Part shown: piece by piece, positions 53,569-59,589 of the stretch
Layout: each line of letters begins with the position of its first letter
Position numbering within the stretch: position 1 is the first letter of the stretch
The notes under the pieces: model-generated
Seen by the model: the letters and a program-made list of their open reading frames with translations, nothing else
Database searches by the model: none
Told to the model about the DNA's origin: nothing
Made by a program: the position numbers and the translations under genes
From: Octopus vulgaris
Lineage: Eukaryota
Assembly (NCBI GenBank): GCA_951406725.2
Contig: OX597824.1
Location: 60,016,001-60,080,000, forward strand
Direction: 5' to 3'
Length of the DNA stretch: 64,000 bases

Positions 53569-56500
53569 TCGTATACACACACACACATGCGATATACTGG
53601 CAGGACTGGTAGAAATCCCAAAGAATGAAAAAAGGAAAGACGACAATAATAGAAGAATGTAAGACAGGCTGCTCCTCAGAGCTCCTCTATGCTGATGACC
53701 TTGTTCTTATAGCTGAATCTCTACCAGAACTAGAGAAGAAGTTACAGGTGTGGAAGCAAGGTCTAGAATCAAAGGGCCTTAGAGTTAACCTAGGAAAAAC
53801 TGAAGTTTTAGTAAGTAGGAAAGCAGGCAAATCACAAATACCTTCAAGTAGATGGCCCTGCTCAAACTATAGGAAAGACATAGGTGGAAATTCCATAAGA
53901 TGTACCTGGTGCAAGTTATGAACACATGAGAAGTGCAGCAATATCAAAGGTTAACAGGGGAAATGGTTTTTGTGTGTAGAAGGTGCACAAGTATAATAAA
54001 CACTAAAAATGTACAGAAAATAGACTCCATCAAATACCAGTGGCATAAGGTAGAGGTAGTTGATAGCTTCCATTACCTAAGTGACTAAGTTAGTAGAGGA
54101 GGTGGATGTCCTGAGAGTGAAGCTGCAAAAATAAGAATAGGCAGAGCAAAGTTCAGAGAGCGCCTTTCTTCTGTTGGTAACAAAGTCCTCTCCCTCGGAT
54201 GAAAGACAGTCTGTATGATATCTGTGTGTGAACGGCTATGTTACACAGCAGTGAAATATAGGCTGTGACCACCAAGGACATGCGTAGGCCCAAAAGAAAT
54301 GAAGCCAGCATGCTTTGCTGGATGTGCAATGTCAGTGTGTATGTACAACAGAGTGTAAGCATCTTGAAAGAAAAGTTAGACATAAGAGGCATCAGATGTG
54401 CAAGAGAGATGACTGCACTGGTATGGTATGCTGTGTAAAGAAGTGCTGATCTCTAACTGTGGAGGGAACCTGTAGAAGAAGTAAACCATGGAAGACTTGG
54501 GATGAGGTAGTGAAGCATGATCTTTGACTGTTGGACCTCATGGAGGCAATGACTAGTGACCAAGACTTTTGGTGATATGCTGTGCTTGAGATGACCTGAC
54601 AAGCCAAGTGAAATTATATCTGTGGCTGATGTCAGTGTCACATAATTGGCACCCATACTGGTGGCACATGAAAAACACCTTTCAAGCATTGGGCCTCACT
54701 AAGACAATGTGGCTGATGCTGTTGTTGTGTAACTAGACCTGTGCCGGTGGCATGTCAAAAGCACCTTTCAAGCATTGGGCCTTATAGAGGCAATGACAAA
54801 TGACCAAGACCTTTGGCAATATGCCATGATACTGGTGTCATGCAACTTGCATCCATTACACTCTTGGAGTGGTTGGCATTAGGAAAGGCATCCAAATGTA
54901 GAAACCATGCCAAATAAGACTGGAGTCTGGTGCAGCCTTTCAGCTTACTAGTCCTGATCAAATCATCCAACCCATGCTAGCATGGACATCAGATGTTAAA
55001 AAATGATGATGATGATACATAATGGTGATGATGATGGCTATCTACTCATCACCAAAGAAGACCATCATTGACCATTGCTCATTCAAAATGCCAGCAATGC
55101 CTGTGCATAAGGTTATCACACGAGCTGTCTGCTTCACCCAGGTATGTATCTGCAGCTTCCATGCTTGCTGTGGCACCCTCCTACTCAACAGTGCATTGGA
55201 TAGTTACCTTGTCGGTGATTGCACAGCCTAAAGTTTTAGGTCCAATAAGGCTTGCACAACACCTCACCATACTCACAGATCCTTTCCACTCTACTCACAT
55301 GATCCAGAAGCAAGCCAGGCCAAGATATCCAGTGCCAGTGTGGGTTGCAGGCTCATAAATGTGGGAGCACTATGATCCCAAACATCAGCAAAGAATCCCC
55401 AAAATGTTAAATGCCATTCCCTACATACCTGATTTTATATCACAGTAACCTTCCTCTAGAGACATGCTTTAACAAAAACATGCCTCACATGCATACATAC
55501 AAGCACACATACATTATGAATTCAGTTAGGCATAGCAATGTTAATAACTAGTTGTTTAAAACTTAATATACATATGCTTCAAAATAAAGCATTAGTATGT
55601 AATATAAATTACTGAATGACAAGATAACTGGAATGACACAATCAAATCTGTTAGCTTGCAGCTGTTTCTGCTATAAGAAGCAGGGCATTCAGAACTGAGT
55701 GCTTGTGCAAAATCTTATAAGCTTCCTTGGAGCCATTAAATATTTTTTAATAATTTCAAGGAAGCTATAAGATCATACACAAGCACTCAGCTCTGAGTGC
55801 ACTGCTTTTTATAGCAGAAACAGCTGCAGTTGATTGTGTAATTCTTGTTACCTTGTCATTCAGGAATTTATATATATCTTTTATCTTTTACTTGAACTGC
55901 AGCCATCCTGGAGCATCACCTTAAAAGTTTTAGTCAAACAAATTGACCCCAGTCCCTATATATATATATTTGTGTGTGTTTTTGTGTCTGATTCTGTTCC
56001 CCTACCACTGCTTGACAACAGGTATTGGTGTGTTTAAATCCCCGTAACTTAGTGGTTCTACAAAAGGGTCTAATAAAATAAGTATCAAACTTAACAAAAT
56101 TAAGTACTGGGGTCAATTCATTTCACTAAAAATTCTTCAAGGCAGTGCCCCAGCATAACCACAGTCTAATGACTGAAACAAGTAAAAGATTTCCCCTTTA
56201 GAATTTAAACTGATCGTATCTGGCCCAAGTATTCAACCTGTTTTACATTCAAATCTGCTAGATTTAGCTTCTCACACCCACCCTTCAATGTCATTCTAAA
56301 AATAAACAGTTGCATCACTGAGATCTTGAAGCTACAAGAAAATGAATGATTAATTCAAAGCAATGTAAATAAATAAGCATGACATTAGACAGAGTAATCT
56401 GAATGCTAAGAGATTTGATTAAATTAGCAGTTTTTGTGTACTTTTAAATGGTGAATATATATATCTTCCTCACTATAATTACTAAATAATTGCCAGAAAT

Positions 56501-58880
56501 CCTATTTATTCCTGTCACAAAATGATATGAATATATATAAAGCATGTCATTTTAAACAAATTTTTATTACTTTTAATTAGGAAAAGACCAGCAATCAATG
56601 CTCTTATCAAGTAAGTATTTCAATAACTACTTTCATCCATCTTATTTTGCTTAATTGTGAAAATTTAGCTCAAACCTTGCCTTTGTGGCTCTTTGCTTTT
56701 TGGATTACCAATGTTGACATTGCCTTTCACCTACTCAGTGTCAATTAAGTGAAGGACCAGTCATTCTAAATGAGTATTATTGATATTATGTTTGTTGTAA
56801 GGTTTTCTCCAAACACTAATAATGTAACTTCACAAACATTGTTTTCATGGTAGGGAAGCACCATCATGACAGTTTTCACAGGTCTGCCATGGCTGGAATA
56901 GGAAATGGAAAAATAATCTAGAATGACCTCAGGACACTGAACCTTTCAAACAAGATGACAAAGGACTGAGATACCAGGTACCTTGCTGTACTTAAGAAGA
57001 CCTGTACTCTGCAGCAGAAATGTTAAGGCTGTTCCCCCTGCTGAAGAGGACTGACCTGCAAGAGTCCTATGCGAGTGTCATGTAAAAAGCACTCATGCTA
57101 GTGCCATGTAATAGTGCTCATGCGGTGCCACCTTAAAAGCTCCCAGTACATATTGTAAAGTGGTTGGCATTATGAAGGGCATCCAGGTATAGAAACCATG
57201 CCAAATCAGACTGGAACTTGGTGCAGCTCTCCAGCTTTGGTTAAACCGTCCAACCCATGCCAGCATGAAAAACAGATGCTAAATGATGATGATGATGATG
57301 ATGAGTCTTCAGACAGATTTGATCTGAATGTTTCCAACAGAAAAGATTCCATTTAAAGTAGCCAAGGGCCAGGTGGAGGTCTGCACCTAAGCAACAAATT
57401 AATTTTACCAACCAGCATCAAGGACAGGCTAATTTCTAAATCTTCCACACAATGTTTATGTAATCAATAGCATTTACAGTCAAATCTATGGCAGATTTTT
57501 GTCTCTCCCGTTTCACTCATAATCAAATCTATGGCAAAACAATTGTTTGCCTAAGGTGCTGTGCTGTAGGATTGAACTTTTAATGTTATGGCTATACATC
57601 TCAGATTTGAAGGATTTTCTCACAGTAAACCTTAATAAAATTTTACCATCATCTGAGATTCACAAATTCAGTCTGTAAGCCCAAGTCAACATGCCTCTTT
57701 AAATTCCCTATTATAAGCATCATATTTTCCTGCTTTCTGGTGAGCAAGCTATGAAAGACAACATTCTGTTCGTTACCTCCTTTAAATTTATTGTTTTCTG
57801 TTTTGTCAAAATAAGGTGCTAATTTATCTTATATTGTTTCTTGGAAAGATATGCACACTAATACTTCCCAATGATGTGTTTGCAGCCAAAGATCTCCAGC
57901 TTTAATCTCAGTGTTTCCAGAACCTAAACAGAAGTCAGCATGGCTTTTTGAGAAGAGAAAGAAGGAAACTTGGAGCAGGTAAGTCATCTGCCTTTTTATT
58001 TGTTACGTAAATAGGTACATGTAGAATGGTGACAGGGTGGCAAGCCATAGATAGTTATGTACAGATAGTGATATAACAAAGAGCAGCAGTCCTAACACAA
58101 CTGGGTACAGAGAGTGTGTTAATAGGAGTGGCAAACCACCCATAGATGGGTGCAAACTGTGTACTATTGGGGTAGCAGAGATAATATAAATGGGTAAGAA
58201 AGATTATCATAATAGCGGTGGCAGAATAGGATACAGATTCTGATATAATAAGGGTGACAGATCACCCTTATATCAGGGTACATATAGGGGTGGCAGTAGT
58301 ATGTGCATATTACATTAAAGCTGTATCAGTAGTAATGTTTGTGTTGTGTGTGTGTTTCATTAAAGCTGTACCATCAGTAATGTGTGTGTGAGAGCATTTT
58401 TATGTGTTTCACAAAAGTGAAGTTTTCTGTTGCCAATATTTCAGTTATAACAATGCTGCTATTCATGCCAAAAGGTTTTTTGACGAAGTAAAGGCTTTAG
58501 AAAGCAGTCCTGACTTTTTATGTGAAAGGTATGTAAGATATATATTATATAGTTCTCTGCTATTTCATGCACAATTTGCAGTGACAACCTGAATAATACA
58601 TGATACATAATGAATTTGGAAATCCTGGCTTGTTTACTATTACAATAATTAACATGCCAAGTGTATTATTATGCCATTATATTATTGTTTTATATAATAT
58701 CAGAAGTTTTAATATGATAAATAATCATAAGGGTTATTTTTGTATTATTTTTTTCTTCTTTGTCTTATAAGATATGGTATACTTGGAGAACCTCTGAATA
58801 AATTCACTGCTGGACTGGTTCCAGTTGAATCAGAAACTGATCAGGATGAAGAAACTGATAATTCAAGTCAGAGCAAGTAA
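7990..58880 (+). CDS. PPP1R36: Protein phosphatase 1 regulatory subunit 36 homolog, 16 coding exons, 381 aa: join(7990..7998,16900..16961,19580..19612,23255..23329,26246..26343,28450..28516,30935..31033,32213..32347,35755..35797,39773..39855,41758..41822,51616..51676,56581..56610,57886..57978,58445..58528,58772..58880)
   Basis: All 15 introns are GT-AG with compatible phases, and the exons total 1146 nt with no internal stop. Translation: MDSKLLNQGKWNLNIDTCNLEFKRF...VVTLQHLK...FDLFLINLLRYFHFYFE...GQTYCSLIMGLGVENQHHMECGRSRVSTTRKDRINFERLYIFSTYFL...EINRLMRSENFN...KRPAINALINQRSPALISVFP...YGILGEPL. These motifs are colinear with vertebrate PPP1R36 as I recall it (GMWYW..LEFRRF, ITLDDVK, YCILVLGL..HHMCCG, RLFRTNMFN, KRPAI..RSP, GILGEP). 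Confidence 0.88.
8068..8287. mobile_element. TTAA-flanked MITE (piggyBac/Kolobok-like); a second copy at about 56190-56412
   Basis: Ends in gaatgctaaagggttaa. The internal sequence (caatgtcattctaaaaataaa...gacagagtaatctgaatgcta) recurs at 56286-56409. Confidence 0.6.
8517..8656. repeat. (TATG)n microsatellite
   Basis: Long tetranucleotide run; the source of the spurious MYVC ORFs. Confidence 0.95.
9660..10075 (-). mobile_element. RTE-family 3-prime end element (young, CpG-rich)
   Basis: (CAT)n then ttagcgtccgctttccat...ggatgcccttcctaacgccaacc, plus four gtgccaccggcac-type repeats. Reverse complement of the RTE tail. Confidence 0.8.
10260..11420 (+). mobile_element. Penelope-like element fragment (RT plus GIY-YIG endonuclease) with a 3-prime hammerhead-like motif
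   Basis: FYGLPKIHK, SFIRD, LVSFDVINLYTNIP and FILQNNYFLFD are PLE RT motifs. NLIYAITCSGCGHNYIEQT..LRQR...H...H is a GIY-YIG domain with CCHH. Frameshifts, stops and an internal deletion are present. Confidence 0.88.
12031..12278. repeat. Fold-back element (about 120-bp inverted arms) between (TA)n tracts, each arm carrying a hammerhead-like core
   Basis: 12031-12150 is the near-exact reverse complement of 12159-12278. Confidence 0.9.
12171..12238 (+). ncRNA. Type I hammerhead ribozyme-like motif
   Basis: agataa-CTGAAGA(12179-12185)-gatg...catcc-GAAAC(12217-12221)-tcaga-GTT-ttatct. Stem I is agataa/ttatct, stem III is the near-palindromic AACTCAGAGTT, and stem II is imperfect. Confidence 0.6.
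13455..13777. repeat. Fold-back element with a degenerate hammerhead-like motif (CCGAAGA...GAAACAGCTGT) at 13636-13719
   Basis: Outer arms 13455-13531 / 13705-13777 and inner arms about 13533-13580 / 13591-13638 are inverted. Stem I is tccct/aggga. Confidence 0.75.
14297..14378. repeat. Short inverted repeat next to (TA)n
   Basis: atacagtgtacatttaaacacataagaggt ... acctcttatgtatttaaatgtacactgtat. Confidence 0.8.
14723..15647. repeat. Large near-perfect inverted duplication (about 315-bp arms, about 290-bp microsatellite-rich spacer)
   Basis: 14723-15044 is the reverse complement of about 15334-15647 with only a few differences. Confidence 0.92.
16900..16961 (+). CDS. PPP1R36: PPP1R36 exon 2 (KLLNQGKWNLNIDTCNLEFK)
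   Basis: tcag acceptor after a pyrimidine tract, gtaagt donor; GxW...LEF motif. Confidence 0.85.
17008..17080 (+). tRNA. tRNA-Val-TAC: tRNA-Val, anticodon TAC (intronic)
   Basis: Complete cloverleaf: acceptor GGTTCTG/CAGAACC, D-arm GTGTAGTGGTTATCAC, anticodon stem TCTGC/GCAGA with TAC at 17041-17043, T-arm GCGAG-TTCGAAC-CTCGC. Oligo-T Pol III terminator at 17093-17099. Confidence 0.93.
17532..19127. mobile_element. hAT-like non-autonomous element with internal secondary insertions
   Basis: Termini CAGGGCTG...CAGCCCTG; subterminal aattg.tcccaattgggccc at both ends; degenerate 8-bp TSD ccactagg / tcactggg. Confidence 0.6.
18046..18336. repeat. Fold-back element with two mirror-image hammerhead variants (core GTGAACA)
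   Basis: Arms about 18046-18185 / 18196-18336 are inverted. Cores at 18167-18173 (-) and 18207-18213 (+). Confidence 0.85.
19345..19525. repeat. Imperfect (ATG)n microsatellite
   Basis: gatgatgttgatgatg run. Confidence 0.9.
19580..19612 (+). CDS. PPP1R36: PPP1R36 exon 3, 33-nt micro-exon (RFHITPDISLS)
   Basis: ttttcctttccag acceptor, gtaagt donor, phase 2-2. Confidence 0.8.
19740..21025 (-). mobile_element. R4/Dong-clade non-LTR retrotransposon fragments (RLE, 3-prime part)
   Basis: The minus strand gives VPIIVGSLETV...VELLQKVC, AA*DQALRTNCIKAKID..CRLC..ESITH, RPDL and IGALGT. Borders an (ATT)n tract. Confidence 0.75.
21027..21079. repeat. (ATT)n microsatellite
   Basis: Perfect trinucleotide run. 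Confidence 0.95.
21083..21266 (+). mobile_element. SINE family B (other copies at about 22380-22510, 25475-25675, 29041-29250)
   Basis: g.tgagctggcagaa..ttagc...gagttcaaattctgctgaggtc.actttgcctttcatcc...gataaaataagtacc shared among copies. Confidence 0.75.
21350..22375 (-). mobile_element. R4/Dong-clade non-LTR retrotransposon 3-prime fragment
   Basis: GAFHPKSDTDKLYLSRRKGGGGL..CIKAEENSL and LKIETEALICTAQEQVLRTN..CR. Same 3-prime end (catgaccagttaacaagtgtcaccttagt) as the copy at 19740. Confidence 0.8.
23255..23329 (+). CDS. PPP1R36: PPP1R36 exon 4 (AIFDAIEKADKIMRTKDQTEAMLAD)
   Basis: ttttcag acceptor, gtaagt donor, open in the expected phase 2-2. Confidence 0.75.
23639..23730. repeat. Short fold-back in (TA)n context
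   Basis: atataaaaatta...gataaaaaacctcaaggctgt / acagccttgggtttttatc...taatttttatat. Confidence 0.75.
23790..24500 (-). mobile_element. Penelope-like 3-prime fragment with a minimal hammerhead-like motif at 23911-23940
   Basis: Minus-strand VHRQQIQNTNVHQILLSK...FLIFPF resembles the GIY-YIG tail of the PLE at 10924. Downstream on the same strand: aat-CTGATGA-ttactat-GAAAG-tg-CTA-att. Confidence 0.55.
24505..24905 (+). mobile_element. CR1/L2-type LINE RT fragment
   Basis: KVSHG..HKL..LGI.GKLGEWLHDFLKNRSQIVVVNG, GVPQG in a shifted frame, and YADDTKV...LQRELD..WA.ENNMQFN..K. Confidence 0.8.
25168..25245. repeat. (TATG)n microsatellite
   Basis: Perfect run. Confidence 0.95.
26246..26343 (+). CDS. 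PPP1R36: PPP1R36 exon 5 (LKTSWEQHPGQPVFKKSSSFHKSTDVVTLQHLK)
   Basis: ctgcag acceptor, gtaagt donor; VTLxxxK motif. Confidence 0.85.
26690..27095 (+). mobile_element. RTE-type LINE C-terminal fragment (second RTE family)
   Basis: DII.EYQKHKFCWARHVTR...KWT resembles the RTE C-terminal KxxWAGHVxR...RWT motif. Confidence 0.55.
27185..27512. repeat. Fold-back element with mirror hammerheads; the + copy (27358-27448) has a canonical core
   Basis: Arms about 27185-27345 / 27355-27512. ttgcc-CTGAGGA(27363-27369)-long stem II-GAAA(27431-27434)-tgcctg-GTA-ggcaa. Confidence 0.8.
27640..27865 (-). mobile_element. Penelope pseudo-LTR-like segment with a degenerate hammerhead (27753-27788)
   Basis: Minus strand gttt-CTGATGA-aggacttcgctt-GAAAC-ata-aaaac, flanked by TA-rich tracts. 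Confidence 0.5.
28450..28516 (+). CDS. PPP1R36: PPP1R36 exon 6 (SITDQTTSYHFGKTPESFYTIY)
   Basis: ttcaag acceptor after a long pyrimidine tract, gtacgt donor. The 67-nt length bridges phase 1 to phase 2 as required between exons 5 and 7. Confidence 0.7.
30935..31033 (+). CDS. PPP1R36: PPP1R36 exon 7 (HSPQFDLFLINLLRYFHFYFEREALRKKYQSNY)
   Basis: ttcttcttcag acceptor, gtaagt donor; matches the family DxFLxxLLxY motif. Confidence 0.88.
31405..31721 (+). mobile_element. RTE-family 3-prime end element
   Basis: Tandem tggtgccac(a/g)taaaaagcacc units, ggcattaggaagggcatccagcc, and a (GAT)n tail. Confidence 0.75.
32213..32347 (+). CDS. PPP1R36: PPP1R36 exon 8 (FPVNSYESELKANAKLEISQNLLGQTYCSLIMGLGVENQHHMECG)
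   Basis: tttcag acceptor, gtgagt donor; contains the most conserved motif, YCxLxxGL...HHMxCG. Confidence 0.92.
32708..33168. repeat. 33-bp minisatellite, about 14 copies (gagaaatattgctacaacctgataatgttcata)
   Basis: Regular 33-nt period; produces the EKYCYNLIMFI-repeat ORFs. Confidence 0.9.
33395..35003 (+). mobile_element. 5-prime-truncated RTE LINE (RT, Cys/His finger, C-terminus, 3-prime UTR, (GAT)n)
   Basis: LYLAFVDMQKAFDR, GVHQGSVPSPLLFIIVLQAITEEFKTGCPWELLYADDL, FHYLGD; many stops and frameshifts. Confidence 0.9.
35417..35605. mobile_element. TTAA-flanked MITE family (related copies near 1950-2060, 28067-28159, 31107-31298, 61441-61560, 62402-62622)
   Basis: ttaacccttttgatac ... gcaacaaatgagttaa termini with TTAA flanks; shared internal ttcttcattatttt / gaaatatggtaacaaa. 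Confidence 0.55.
35755..35797 (+). CDS. PPP1R36: PPP1R36 exon 9 (RSRVSTTRKDRINFE)
   Basis: cttgtag acceptor, gtagag donor; SxTxKDxxxFE motif. Confidence 0.85.
35870..36162. repeat. Degenerate tandem repeat (about 30-bp, cacactatacca..ctatatacactg)
   Basis: Recurring ctatatacact / cacactat motifs. Confidence 0.55.
36186..36437. mobile_element. hAT-superfamily MITE
   Basis: Termini caatggttc...gaaccactg; perfect 8-bp TSD CTTTAGTC at 36178-36185 and 36438-36445; subterminal tggaccc repeats. Confidence 0.85.
37093..39289 (+). mobile_element. Full-length but inactivated piggyBac DNA transposon (about 2.2 kb)
   Basis: TTAA TSDs at 37089-37092 and 39290-39293, TIRs CCCCTTGCAGA. Transposase remnants DVATDESF, VHMDNCFSS, WKDKKLVKMLS and YNEGMSEVD, plus a C-terminal Cys-rich CEQC..LCAAPCFQIYH. 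Several frameshifts and stops. Confidence 0.93.
39773..39855 (+). CDS. PPP1R36: PPP1R36 exon 10 (RLYIFSTYFLGISYRQAEQGIINKEIN)
   Basis: tttgtag acceptor, gtaagt donor; YxFxTY...IxxEI motif. Confidence 0.88.
39880..40200 (-). mobile_element. Penelope-associated repeat with a degenerate hammerhead at 40093-40135
   Basis: Minus strand agtca-CTGAAAA-ggtc..ggc-AAAAG-aa-CTT-tgact. Its left end resembles 12305-12356. Confidence 0.45.
41328..41680 (+). mobile_element. tRNA-derived SINE family C
   Basis: Head ggaggcacaatagcacagtggttagggcag...ggtttcgattctcagaccggg with A-box- and B-box-like motifs, followed by a (CAA)n-like tail. Confidence 0.7.
41758..41822 (+). CDS. PPP1R36: PPP1R36 exon 11 (RLMRSENFNLTIQFIEQGVENT)
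   Basis: ttccag acceptor, gtaagt donor; RLxRSxxFN motif. Confidence 0.88.
42186..42294 (+). ncRNA. Degenerate type I hammerhead-like motif
   Basis: atcac-CCAATGA-aatgg...ctatt-GAAAC-atac-GTA-gtgat. Stems I and II pair; the core is altered at positions 4 and 5. Confidence 0.45.
42381..45905 (-). mobile_element. Near-full-length RTE-clade LINE (APE endonuclease plus RT plus Cys/His finger), inactivated
   Basis: Minus strand: VGNVNVGTLKG..DVCCIKEVRW, IISVYA, IDFILT, QHRL, TWWWN, YKGKGDALDRHNYRGIKLL, AFVDLEKAFDRVP, WELLYADDL, FRYLSD, LHWYGHVLR..GRGRPKKTW. It ends in the repetitive UTR and (GAT)n tail. Confidence 0.93.
47696..48740 (-). mobile_element. 5-prime-truncated CR1-clade LINE with an uninterrupted RT C-terminal ORF (47780..48667), nested in the Dong element
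   Basis: PQGSVLRPLLFLVFIND..LFADDVKL..KDLGI..YVTLVRPILEY..LERVQK.ATR..LRGHSKKL..FSVRV..WNNLP; 3-prime (TAACT)n tail; high CpG content suggests a recent insertion. Confidence 0.92.
49237..49663 (-). mobile_element. Young SINE family A copy nested in the Dong RT
   Basis: Splits INKAI|TEDSRRK with a short duplication (ctata); full head AGGCGCAGGAGTGGCTGTGTGG and an AG-rich tail. Confidence 0.9.
50320..50972 (+). mobile_element. Penelope GIY-YIG fragment interrupted by a SINE A copy (50491-50840, minus)
   Basis: CKAKTLIYCITCPQCNENYIAETG..L before the SINE; IDNCANAKFKI..KEEYFIRILK.KLN after it. Confidence 0.75.
51068..51460 (+). mobile_element. SINE family A, plus orientation
   Basis: aggcgttggagtgactgtgtggtaagtagc...ggttcagtcccact...actgaaacaagtgaaagaataaag. 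Confidence 0.88.
51616..51676 (+). CDS. PPP1R36: PPP1R36 exon 12 (SQFSMKDDVPYLEPMKIERK)
   Basis: ttttatag acceptor, gtaagt donor; its phase 1-2 bridges exons 11 and 13. Confidence 0.78.
51831..52874 (+). mobile_element. Non-autonomous Helitron-like element inserted in a SINE B copy (51760-52910)
   Basis: 5-prime (TA)n-ATAGG..(TG)n start; 3-prime hairpin cccgagc-aaa-gcctgg then TTAG-T (CTAG-like). The SINE B sequence stops before it and resumes after it (ttctgggttcaaattctgccaagg). Confidence 0.6.
53414..53643. repeat. Fold-back element with (TA)n/(CA)n centre
   Basis: gggatttctaccagtcctgccagtatatcgcatgtg / cacatgcgatatactggcaggactggtagaaatccc perfect inverted arms. Confidence 0.9.
53655..55016 (+). 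mobile_element. 5-prime-truncated RTE LINE
   Basis: KTGCSSELLYADDLVL..WKQGLESKGLRVNLGKT..WPC..CTWC, same family as the copies at 33395 and 42381, with UTR repeats and (GAT)n tail. Confidence 0.9.
55050..55410 (-). mobile_element. Possible L1/Tx1-type LINE C-terminal remnant
   Basis: Weak resemblance on the minus strand to zf-RVT-like C..DxxTxxHAL context; heavily decayed. Confidence 0.25.
55606..55870. repeat. Fold-back element with decayed mirror hammerhead-like motifs
   Basis: Inverted arms. The + arm reads TCAAGGA-agctataa...ttatagca-GAAAC-agct-GCA. Confidence 0.7.
56581..56610 (+). CDS. PPP1R36: PPP1R36 exon 13, 30-nt micro-exon (LKRPAINALI)
   Basis: ttaattag acceptor, gtaagt donor; KRPAI motif. 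Confidence 0.88.
57065..57304 (+). mobile_element. RTE-family 3-prime end element
   Basis: gtgccatgtaaaaagcac repeats, ggcattatgaagggcatccag, (GAT)n tail. Confidence 0.75.
57886..57978 (+). CDS. PPP1R36: PPP1R36 exon 14 (NQRSPALISVFPEPKQKSAWLFEKRKKETWS)
   Basis: tttgcag acceptor, gtaagt donor; NxRSP...P...K...FEK motif. Confidence 0.9.
58445..58528 (+). CDS. PPP1R36: PPP1R36 exon 15 (SYNNAAIHAKRFFDEVKALESSPDFLCE)
   Basis: tttcag acceptor, gtatgt donor, phase 2-2, open frame. Confidence 0.78.
58772..58880 (+). CDS. PPP1R36: PPP1R36 exon 16 (RYGILGEPLNKFTAGLVPVESETDQDEETDNSSQSK*)
   Basis: Long pyrimidine tract with taag acceptor; GILGEP motif; TAA at 58878-58880, overlapping a possible gtaaga donor. 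Confidence 0.88.
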
Positions 58881-59589
58881 GAGCTTCAAAACAGATATAT
58901 AATTTTGGCCAAAACTTCCTCCTTACAACAATTTATGGTTGCAAGGAAATTTTTAAATTATTGATTATATGAAATAGCAATGAAAAATCAAATATAGCTA
59001 AAAGATGGGTAATTTACAAACTAAAGTCCCCTAATTCCTCAGTCTTTTAAAGATTTTAGGTTTTCTTTATATTATTACTTTGATCTATACATGAACGCCC
59101 ATATACAGTTCTATATTTATTCCACAAATGGATCATTACTGCTTAGGTGGGAAGTGTGATGGAATTCAAGTGACATTGAAGATTCTAGTTAGGCTGAAAC
59201 ATCTAAAATTGTTGTTGCTGACATTTAGCTCTGGGTCAGACTTGAAAGAGGAGATAAATTATAATGAAACACTTTTCCAGCCGTAATCACACTGGCATTT
59301 TTTCTGGGATGGTGTTCCTTAGGAAACATTACCTGCATGACTTATTTTTAGATAGTGGGGTGTAATTTATGGAGATTTGGTCACCAGTTCTAGAAGGTCA
59401 TTTAATCATAGTTTCCTCATTAGACTACCAATGATAAAATAATTTTAATCATCAACTAAAGTTTTTTTTTTTCACCACATATCTCTATTATCCCAAACAT
59501 TAAACATATTTTCACCTACTTTCAAATTTATATTAGTGAGAACAACTTAAGTAAAGGTCATACTATAGCATGTCTGTAAATATACACAG

